This document shows, one piece after another, positions 13,201-25,200 of a DNA stretch of 64,000 bases (position 1 is the first letter of the stretch; the number at the start of each line of letters is the position of its first letter). The DNA is taken from assembly GCA_964276515.1 (NCBI GenBank), contig OZ193909.1, positions 16,678,001 to 16,742,000 on the forward strand, written 5' to 3'. Made by a program: the position numbers and the translations under genes. The notes under the pieces are model-generated. The model was not told the DNA's origin, made no database searches, and worked only from the letters and a program-made list of their open reading frames with translations. This DNA is from Gordius albopunctatus. Its lineage: Eukaryota.

Positions 13201-16200
13201 TTAAATAAAAGTATAGTTCTATTGGGATACAAAATATCTTTTTAATCATTTGAAATTTACGTATTTAAATCGTCCATTTGCCTAAATGCCATATGTGAGC
13301 CTTTTAAATTAATTTGGGACAATTTTAATGAGAATTATTGCAAACGGGGCAAAATTTTCAAAAATAATTTTAAAATAATACCTAGACGACCTCCTATGGG
13401 GAGCAGCATTCTGTTTGGAAAGCCCATGGAGCGATGGTATGAGTGTACAATCCGAATTAAGGCGTTCACCTAGATCCTTTCCTACAGAAATTCCTTGGGG
13501 ACCCTGATTTTCTAGCGGAGCAGAGGACATGCAAGTTTCTGCACAACCCGTTTGCCGGGGCGGTGTACTCATTACGTACGGCAAGAAAGAATATTTTTGA
13601 CGAGTGTAATAACGTCTAAAAACATATTGCATCAAAGATGGTGTAAATTCATAAGAATCAATTTTTAAACCAAACAAATTCAGGTTCATACACTAGTGTT
13701 TTGTAAAAACGGCTGGGTTTAGTTGCAAAGGTTTTTGGTCTGTTTTTCTGAGTCGACCCTTAGGTTTGGTCTAAATTTGCAAAAAAAGACCAGAGTCAAC
13801 CGTTAGTATTAGTTGAACCACAGGTCGCCTAAACAAAACCCCCGCCGTCGTTTTTACAACACTAGTTTATGCGTTTATTGTAAAATTAATTAATTAAGAG
13901 AGAGAGAGAGAGAGCTAGAGCCGGGCAGTCCCATGTAGGGGTCGAACCAGGTTGAGGACTGAGTCCGGTCCAAAATAAACCTCATCGATATTTAAGAATA
14001 TGTTTTCTCTTTCTAAATTAAAACACAACTCCCTCATAAATATATAATAGCGAAGGTACTCGTGTTGCAAAAACGGCGGGGGTCCTTTTTGGTGGACCTG
14101 TGGGGTCATAGTCGAGTAAACATAGAGAGATCAAAGGTTTGGCCAAAAGATCTCTGATTTATTTATGTTTGGTATAAGGATTCAATCCATAGCCCCTCCT
14201 TGCTGTCTATAATATCATTGTTTGTGATAAAAAGTTTGTTGAATTTTGATTAATTTTAAAGAATAGATGCATATATAGTAGATAAGAATTCGTCTAAAAG
14301 TTATAATAAGGTGGGGATCGAACTTACTTCCATGTGAAAAGCATGACTATGCCCAGGATAAAAAATATGGCCGACACTGAGATCCCGGCGATGAGACCCA
14401 TTTTAGCGATGTCTCCGGGTGCGAGACCATATTTAGTAGCCGGTTTTTGGTCCGATTCCGAACCAAACAGGGAATAGCCCGGAAATTTCAAACTTTCGCG
14501 ACCGTCTAAAACAGATAGCGCAACAAAATTTATCGCGTTTTTATGAATTATAATGGTTACACAAGTCGATAATTTACATTTTTAGGAAGTAAAATTGCAC
14601 CCAGCTACCCCCCCCCCGCCTTATCAAATAATTTTCAATGCAACTTTAGGACTTTCAACACTTAAAAAAGTTAATTCAACAAAGAACTACATATATAAAT
14701 AGTTCTCGCCATCCCACATTTGCCAAAAAGCCTATAAATGTAATAACTTTTGTGCATAAATTAGCAGGCAAGTAAAACATTTAGGTAAAAGTGGAATCAC
14801 TCAAACTCCTATATACATGTGTACATCAATTCATTGTCACAAAAATGATTTATCAGCCTATTGATAACAAATAAGATAAATCATCACGGAATGGACATTC
14901 AGAGCTATACTTTGGTTAAGCAAATGGATTTAATCCATAATACACTAGTGTTGAAAAAACGAGTGGGTTTTGCCTGGTCCACCATTGGTTTAAATCGACG
15001 AACAAACCATCTAGGTTTTTGGTATATTTTTGTTTGGTCGGCTAAACCCCAAGGTCGACATAACGGTACCTAGACGTTTTGACACTAAACTATGGCAAAA
15101 AGCGACTGACCCATTAGATAGGAATGTCGGATGGAGTTGAATGCTCCAACGAGGGATCGATTGGGGTGTAACTTGCTTGGTACTTCAGCGGCAACTCGAA
15201 TAACGTAATGTGCTCGACCACGAACCCCAGAAACGAGAACCTTTCAACGATTCCCAAAAACGTATTAAAATATTTATAAAATATTAATTTATTCGTTAGA
15301 TTGATATTGATAATGGTGTTTAGGGATTTAATTTGGGAATTTAAAATAGGGCTCTTGGAAGCATGGAATAGGGGAATAATCCTTTAGCTTCAAACGCTTA
15401 ATTTTAATTAAATGTAATATACCAACCAGGGTGAATTATTGTTAAAATGCCTCCGAGCGACTATGAATCTAAAAACAAACCTACTTTTTAGTTAAAGGCG
15501 TTACAAATATTTTAACGAGTCAATATTTTGCCTTGGGGAAGATGGCACTAGCGTTTTGAGCTTTACTAATTTGCTATGTGTTGGAGAATAAAAAAGAAAT
15601 ATTTTAAAAGGCGACGGAGAAAAGCGTACAATTTAAGAATTACTCAAATTTACAAAAATTCATTGGTGGTATATAGAGACCCTCTTTGTTTGACTTTAAA
15701 TGGAAAAATTGTCATTTTTTGGCCATGTGTAAAAGATAACGTGTATAATCGTGTAAATGCAATTTTAATCATAATTTCGGACTTTTAATCCCAAAATCTG
15801 AACGATTCAGGCTAACTTTATGTTGTGAAGGGTGTTTACACTTCTCTATTTCTCCTTCCCTTCCCCCCTACCCCTTTGTAGCTTACACGGTCGTTGTCTC
15901 TCGATCTCTCGTTGTTAGCGAGCGTCAATAATATTATTTATCACGCGACATTTTATTTATCGTATATATATGTTTCTCACGCGTTGTGTGAGCGATAAAA
16001 GGATTATTAATAAAGTTTGGTCTCATTACCTTTCACATTTTTTCATCATCCTAGTACGAGCAAGAAATCAGTTGGATAAACAGTATTACACTTTGATTAA
16101 ACATTGTAAACTTTGTTACTTTACAATCAAGTGGCTCGTAATTAAACTACATAGCTGCATGTATCTTAGAAAGACCAAAACTCCAATTCATGCAATTGAA

Positions 16201-19200
16201 GTAATGAATTTATAAGGATGGCACAGTGTAGTTTTGTTGTCTTCAACTGAAAAAGTCAACAAAATTGACCTCACAAACAGGGTTGGCTCCTTAACTTTAA
16301 CACTTATTCGTTAGCTATAAAGCTGCGTACAAATTCCAAACTATTTTTAACAATTTAAATGTTTTATAACACCTATGTTTGTTGTTAACTAGTTGTAAAG
16401 TTCGATTAATATTATGACAAAGGATTGACAGTAAATATTTCCTTTTAACGACAACTCGTTCAAATAACACATTCCTTTAACTTACCTTCTAAAAAAAGCT
16501 ATAAAAAAACTAAAACAAATAAAATAAACTAACCTTACATTTAATTTTACTTAAAAATAAAATCAAGCAAAGTTTCGACAAAAATCGTCTGTTTCAACTA
16601 AAAGATGAACTCACGTGTAAATTGGAGTCAGCTGTTTGTGTAACGTTACGCCGATCGGGAACAACGGTAAAAGTGTTAACCGGTCGACGGAGGCCCGCTT
16701 CCACCCGACGATTTCTAATTCCACTCCCGGTGGTGGGAGGTGCCGATTCGTAGATTTCGACTAGGTAACGGGCTATTCCGGCTTCCGAACTACCTGAGGG
16801 GGTGAGGGAGGGCGCGGGTGGGGCCCAAGAAATTAGTAGTGGGGGTGAGAGGGGAACACCCTTCTCTTTATCTTCCTCCCCTAGGGATGAACTCAAATGC
16901 CTGACCGTGAGATTGAGGGGCGGGCCCGGAACTGTAAATATTTGCAATTTTAAATTAAATAATCTCTAGGAAATAAAACTTGTAATAATATAAGATTGAT
17001 TTATTATCGTATTTCGTTATAATTTAATCTTATTTTTCCAAAAAACTTATTTAAAAATTAATATTCAATTTCAAAGGTTAATGGAAAAAAGGAAATGCAA
17101 AACAAGTTGTTTCAATATTTATATCACCCATAACGTGGCACCCATTAAAACCCTAAATATGCAATATACCAAGTCGCAAAAGTCAGAATCCATAATAAAA
17201 TCAGCTGTTAGGAATGGGATTAAATCCGAGAATCAAGCAGCCAAGAGATATGAATAAACAATGTGCGAGAAAGGGTAAAGGGAACATAAAGGGGGGGAGG
17301 TGATTATAAATAATATGAGATTTAGTGAACTTTTAAAGCGAAGAAGATGACATTTAATAAGCACACAAGAAGTCATTGCACAATATCTACGCGTGTGCAA
17401 GAAACAACAAATGCAAGCGCAACGAGCTTATATAGTGACGGGGGCAAGAGGGGGGGGCTTGGTTGGGTCGCATTAATGAGTATTAAAAGCTAAGTTTCGC
17501 TGCCGCCTCATCTTTGCGCGATTGAACTTTCTCCCCTATGAGCGCGACAGTGCGACGCGGGTTTTACTTCAGCGTGGAATTCACGAGCTTACCCCCCTCT
17601 TCCAAAAATTCTTTAAAATTATTGCTAGAATTGCAAAAAATTACCACTTTGCTCCCCCCTTTAATAAGCAATTTTGACTTAGCCCGTGTTACCCAGGTTT
17701 TAAATGGGGTACAGGGGAAAACAAAATGATAATTATTTAATTAATATTCTAATACAGTCGAAGCTTCTTAATCGCAAATCGGATTATAATCTTTTAATCG
17801 CGGAGTTAACCGCCATTTTGTTTTTTTCAACGATAATATTAACAAAAACATCGTTTATTGACAAATCGATTAATAGTACAATATAGGATATTCACAAACA
17901 TTTTAGAGTCCTAAAATCAACCAGATAATTATATAAAATATCGTTTTATTGCGAAGCGTAAGAAATGAATATTTAATATATTGCACGTATACTTTTCCCC
18001 CCGTCGTTTAATCGCGAAATATCGGTTAATCGCGAATTATTTTCAGGCCCAAGGCTTTGCAATTAAACGGTTTTGACTGTAGGAAAAAATGTTTAAAATA
18101 TTGGCATCTTTTGCTTTTATAAAAGGCAACAGTGGCCGTCAGTTAATCTTTTCTTTATACATTGTATTGGTGCTTCGGTTAATGGAATGAATGTCAAGTC
18201 GAGCGAGGGGAGGAATATTGGAATCTAAAGAAAAGAGGTCAGATTAAAACTAGCAAGAACCTTGACAAGTACCCCCATCCCATCCCCACCCCCTCATAAA
18301 TTCCTTTTAATTTGGACTATTTTAATTATTATTAAACATTTAGTACAACTCACTTTAAAAAGCCTGAGTATTCCAAATTAACATCAGCTCCAAAATGATG
18401 ACAGAGCTGTTCGCTAATTAATTAATAAATATCCCTTTTTTTGACAAAAGTAAAAAATAATTTTAATCGAAAAATTCCAAATTTTATATAATCCGATTCC
18501 CATCCAAATAAAATTGGTTTAAACTTACCCCTATTATGAATTTGACTTCTCGATAGGCAAATCATACATATTATTTAATAGTATAAATCGCAATTTAAAA
18601 AACTAAGTATAAAAAAATACCAATAAAAAATGAATAACAAATACTTTATTACCGTTAATCTCATTAAGAATTTTACCAAAATAAATTAAAATTTATATTT
18701 TTAAAGAGTGTCGCCCAAAACAAAGAATTAAGGTAAAGCTACGAGGGATATTAATATGAGCTTCTTTTTGTCATGGAACAGGGGGAATTATCTAGATTGA
18801 AATCAATGTCAGAAGTTGTCTCACACGGTCAAGGGGACAAAAAAGGACCTTGTTGATGGGTTTTTAATATTAAAAAACTATTTTTTTTAGTTTATAAGTA
18901 GATAATAAATTCAAAACACTGGTCAAATTAAAACTTCACCGATTAATTTGCAAGTTATTGAAGTTTGCAAAAACGCCAAAATCGCTGTTTTTAGCAGCTT
19001 TAACAGCAGATATTTCAAAAATGTGACGTGTAGGGAAAGGATTAAAAACATATTTGTGTTCACCGCGAAAAACTCTACCTAAATCTGCAAACATTGTGCC
19101 GGCCAATTGTTGTAGAATAACCGTGTAATTTATGCAGGTCTAAAGTTGCTAATATATTTAAATTTTCCCATTTAACTCATTCCTCACCAATCTTTGCCCC

Positions 19201-22200
19201 CTTATATAAATCCCGACTTGGCCCGTGGGGGTGGGGATGGGGGTCATTTGTCTAAAATAGATTTAAAGGCCACCATGATAACTTGTTACCGTTTTTGTCG
19301 ATAAAAAAATTATTATTTCTTCACAGTTTTTATTGATTTTTTATATATAAAGCAAAACATTATTTAAAAGCTAACCTCGAAGGAGATTATTCACATATAC
19401 TAGTGTCAACTGGATTCTAGGAGCAAGGTTCCACAAAGTCTATTTTGATGGTGAGTTTTTATAGAGTTAGAAATTTTTACATTTTATAATAATTCCACTT
19501 AAATAAAATTTACGCCCAAATTTCTTTTAAATTGTTTGGACAAAAACCTAGAATAATATTATTATACAGATAACATTTAGGATCGAATTAAAACTTAAAA
19601 AATACATCACTTAAAAACCTATTCAATATTTTACAAAAACTAAAGATCAGTTTCGTCCGTTGCCATACTAAAAATACCTCTTCTGATATAGCCGACAAAT
19701 TTTTGTTAATCAATAAACACTTAAAGGTCCAAAACTTTTAAAAGTGTCCATATTAATAAAAACTCAGCCTACGCCACCCTTGTTCGATCTCCATACGAGC
19801 AATAAAACTTAAAAATCGTCAGAATGATAAGTAGGCAAGCAGGAAAAACCTTTGGCTCCAATAGCTTAATATAAAATTTTATGTAAGGACGGAGCTTGCC
19901 CAGTAACAGGCTCGGAAGTGAATGGTATTATTGCTGTTAATCGTCAGCACGCCCATGAACCTCCGAGGGAAGAGTATGAATGTCTTGTTACGATAAGGGC
20001 TGTTGCAAACCCTGCTAAGAAAATTAGTAGGATAACGGGAAAACCGAGATTAATCTTTTGCAGATTGATCAAGGTCGCATTCTATATTATACGAATAAAC
20101 GCGTCCGTGAAAAGGATTCACAAATTAGCACCCTACTCGCCATGATGCTTCGCGCGATATTGATATTTTCAATTATATCGACAATATCTCTACTCTACTC
20201 TTGTTTCCTATAGTTGCGACTCGCGGTATTATAATATTTCGGATCCGCCGTCAATCTTTATATCCAATAATATTTATAATAATCTATCCGATGAAAGAGA
20301 CACTAGCGACTTCACAGAAGCTAGTGAATCTGAGAAATAAATCTTACACACAAATTGTGAATGAATTTTAAAATCGATTTCTTATATATTTTGTAAAATA
20401 GTGAATCCAATTCCAAATTATGTAATTATTTATGTCTTAGGTTATCATCAGGTCCCGCTTGATTTTAACGAAAAAATAGTTTAGGCTTGTTAATAACTTT
20501 AAATGGACGATATAAAATCAAGCTAAATCTAAAACTGCTTATATCATTTTAAATTATAATACTACGGGGTTTCTCACACCCCCCAAGTACTCTGAAGGAT
20601 TTTTAAAATACTCAGAAAATTTTATTTATTAAACTATCTACGAACGTCGGAGAATTATACCGCAAATAAAACAAAATCTAAATTATCGGGTACTAAAACA
20701 TTTTTTTATATCTTCGTATAGGGGGATGATCCTTATTTTTTATTTTCTTTATTTAGCTTGAGCATACAAAGGTAAAGGAGACGCGCAGGAATGTGGCAAC
20801 TTTAGAGGTATCAAGTTGACCTGCCACTCACTAAAACTACTAGAAAGGGTGCTAGTGAAAAGGCTCAATGACTAAGTTTGTCTCTCGCCCAATCAGTTTG
20901 GATTTGTGGCCGGTAAATTAACGATGGACCCAATCTTTGCGTCGAAGCAGACGATGGAAAAATATGGCGGCATAAGAAAGAACTTACACATGGTCTTCAT
21001 CGATTTAGAAAAGGCCTACGATACGGTTCCGAGAGACTTAATATGGTGGTCCCTTAGAGCCAGAAATATACGCGAAGGATATGTTCGACTTATCAAGGAA
21101 ATGTATAATGGCGCGGTTGCATCTATTAGGACTACCGTAGGAGTAACGAAACCCTTCCGAATAATGATCGGACTACATCAAGGGTCAGCGTTAAGCCCAT
21201 TCTTGTTTAATCTAATTATGGATACAATAACAAAGGACTTGCACAAGCCAGTCCCTTGGACTATGCTATATGCCGACGATATTGTCCTATGCGATGAAAC
21301 AAGAGAGGGGGTTTTTCATCAGGCGAAAAAATGGTCAGAACGTTTTTCGGAATTCGGGTTAAAGGTCAGCGAGAAGAAAACGGTTTACATGCAAACGATG
21401 GGCGGTAGTCCGCAAATGCACAAAATTGACGGTCCAAGGTACACGGAGGTTGATAAGCTAACATACCTTGGCTCGCTATTACATCAAGAGGGAGGATGTA
21501 CCGCCGAAGTCCATTCTCGGATCAAGAAAGCATGGCTCAAGTGGCGCAGCATCTCCGGTGTCATGTGTGACAAAAAGATACCAATTTGGTTGAAAAGCAA
21601 GGCGTACAAAACCATCGTGCGACCGGTCTTGCTTTACGGGAGCGAAACATGGGCTGTAACCACCGCGGAGGAGAAACTCTTGCAAGTCACGGAAATGAGA
21701 ATGGTGCGATTAAGCTTAGGCTACACCAAGCTGGATCACATGACGAACGAATCCTTGATGACAAAGATGGGTATACAAGCGACGAAGGACATCTTAAGAG
21801 AAAATCGACTGCGGTGGTACGGCCATGTATTACGAAGAGACGAAGACGATGTCACACGCCGAACGCTGGAGATGGACGTGCCTGGAAGAAGAGGAAGGGG
21901 CAGACCACGTGCCACCTGGAAACGACTGGTCGAAAAGGATATAGACGTCAAACAGATGGAAATTGGCATGGCATTTACGCGACTCAGATGGATGGAAGAG
22001 GCTGCTGAAAACGTACCCCACGTCTGTGGGATTTTCAACACGATAAAGAAGAAGATGTCAAGCCGAAAATGAGTGGTAAAAGAATTTTTAAAAAAATTAT
22101 ATGATTTAATAATCCTTCAACTTTATATAAAATGTTTTTTAATGTGGCGCTATGGTTTAAGACCACCTAACTCAAAAATGAAAAATTTAGATAAATTTTA

Positions 22201-25200
22201 CTTGTATAGACTATATGAAAAGATACAGACACTGTAAAATTCAAGGAAGTTAGAATCAGCATAGATAAGTATATATCTACAATTAATCATTAAAAATGTT
22301 TTTTTCTCCTTATAACATATTTCTATTTTGTATCAACTACTTAATTCTTTATAAATTTAGCAAATGGATTTAAAAGATTTTTCATAATGAAGTAATCTAA
22401 TTACAATTAGGTATAAAACTCTTAAAACTTTAGAAGCCTTTCCTCAAAAAGGAAAAAGTGCATTATAAAATAATTTCTTGGGCAAGATGACTCATCTAAA
22501 ATTTCTTAATAAAATTCCTTTGTTCAATCATATATCATTAGCAACTACATTCTGTTAATAAATAACTCATTCTACGTTACACGTAGTTGTTGCACCACCC
22601 AATACATTACAGTATTGACTAATACTTTAATGTTGACATGATCTAACCTTATACCTATTTATGGCTTATGAAGATATTCGTACTTAGTCCTATCATATAA
22701 TACATAACGTATTTTCTCTTAAAATCATATAGCATAACAAATTTTAGTTATCATTAACTTAATATAGCATAACTAATACTGTAATGTTGACATGATATAA
22801 CGTTATGCATATTTATTGCTTATAAAGATATTTATATTTGTACTTAGTCCTATTATATAATACATACCGTATTTTCTTTTAAAGTAATATCGCATAACAA
22901 ATTTTAGGTATTATTTACTTATTATAGCAATGTAATGTAAATAAATACAACATTTTAATATATTTAAATTTAGTATTCTTGTAGTAAGAATCACATGTTT
23001 TTTTAATGTCATGCTTGATACATGCATTAACTTTATCTTTTGCAACTTTATCTTATGTACCGGAATGGTTAAATGTATTAGGTAGAGTTGTTATATTGCT
23101 AACTTTCTTCAACTCCAGCTACCATCTGCTCGAGTTTCTACTCGGCCCTCGAGCATTTTTATATGCTACTGCTCTGCCTAGTGTACCAAAAGCGAGCACA
23201 TATTGTGCTAACGCGCATATTAAGCACCTCAGTGTGCGTGCTCGCGTCTAGAGTTTGAAGAAAGTTAGCAATTTAACAACTCTAGTATTAGGTATCTATC
23301 TCTAATCTAATTCAAACATGGAATAATTGACGTTCAAATTTAAAAAGGCTCTGATATAACAATGGGATCGTCAAAAGTAACGATGCTTTTTCCCAATCCA
23401 CACCCAATCCCCTCCTAGTAAAAAATGACGAGATAAACCTCAAAACTCATTATTTCGTGTTTTTAACCGATAGCAATTCGTAATTGACGTTCGCTATTTT
23501 ACAACGTTCCACATTTCTGTACGTTACACCGGTTTTACAACACTAGTTATAATAATAATAATTACCTTTAGTATCTGTGGCATGAAAAAGGGGTTCGGAT
23601 TGGGGTCCGTCCCCTGCTAGGTTGTAGGCTAATAGGCTGAAGCTATAATTGGAGAGAGGTTCTAAAGATATAATAAATGATAACTAAATTAAGGATTTTA
23701 AAAAATGTTGATGTGCACGGGGTGTTACACACACTCAAGTGCTTTCTAAAGAGTCGATATAATGGATTCCTCTCCCATTTAATTTATAAATCAAATTTAT
23801 TAAACCAAAACATTAATGTTTATTTTGTAAGTTATTGACGTTTGAAAAGCTATTTTGAGCAACTTTATAAGCAAATATTTCAGAAACTTGACGTTTAGGG
23901 AAAAAGCTAAAATATTTTGGTGTTCACCGCGAAAAACTCTACCAGAATTTAAACAAAATATATTTTCCGACAGCTATAGGATTTTTGTAGGAAAGCAACG
24001 AAATATTAATTTATCCTGATATATATTATATATATATATATCAGAGGTCAGATTTGTTAGGAATTGTATGCCCGAACCCGGCCCGGTTCAATTTTTTAAC
24101 TTCATTGCCCGCCCGGGCCCGCCCGAAACATTAAAGCTGTCCGAACTGCCCGGCCCAAAATATTAAATTTGCCTGTTAGGCCCGAAATTTTGCGATCTCA
24201 AATTCTTTCAACCACAATTAAAAAATAAGCATTAAATTAATGGCATATTTAATAAAACAAGTCCATGAAAATATTTATGTAGAAATTTTTGTAATTAAGT
24301 TTAAAGTTTACATATTTAATAAATAATATTACAATAAACAAAATTATACCCCCCTTTTGAGTTAAATCCTTTGCCCTGCCCATAAATAAACTTCTTAATG
24401 AATAAAATTAGTTCAATTAGTTAATCTGTGTTCTGTTAAAACTTACTTTTTTGATAAAAAGACAATAATTTATCAATAGAATTTAAATGCAATTTATGGA
24501 TAATTCTTTTAACTTAAAGCAAAAAAAGAAAGGTATAGAAATTTTTTATCATGAAAATAAGTAGTAACTTAGCGAAATCGACGAATGATAAGGAAATAAT
24601 AAAGGTTAATTGGAGAAACTTTGTGATGGCGAAATCAAGTTTCTTAACTTTTTTAGCATTTTAATATGCAATAAAATAGAAAGTAACAAATTAATACACT
24701 ATTTAAAAAATCTTATTAAGCCCGAATCCTATCTTCGTGCCGCCCGCCCGGGCCTGCCCGAAAATAAGTCGGGCAATCTGGTCTCTGATATATATATTAT
24801 ATATTAAGATCGTATGCATTTTCATCTTTTGTTAACTAATTATAAGTTTGACTGTAGTTCGAAACTTTAAAACTTTCACAATTTTGAAAATGGTTTATGA
24901 TATAGAAATTGCTACATTCTATGAATCAGAAGAAGAGAGCAATTGTAACTTAAAACTGGTCGATTTTGTGGACACTAATAAATTAGAGTGTTAATTCGTT
25001 TTCGTTAGCTATACAAATCAAGATGCAACATATATTTTTAATTAGATCAGCGAACGTTTCCTAAATTATAAGGTAAATAAATAGATAACAGGCGCATGCG
25101 GGATCTCAATTAGAGGGGGGGGGGCAATAATGCTTTAAGGAGGGGCGCATTGATAATAATCTTTTGAAACTAAAGCCATAATTTTATTTAATATAAAAAA

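Noticed and set aside
18271..19250. Inverted CCCCATCCCCACCCCC / GGGGGTGGGGATGGGGG pair
   Set aside because: Short, low-complexity match with no definable termini or TSD.
21479..22041. Overlapping and antisense ORFs over RTE copies (also 38688-40410, 46417-46977, 52200-53312)
   Set aside because: Shadow frames of GC-richer LINE coding sequence with no independent motifs.
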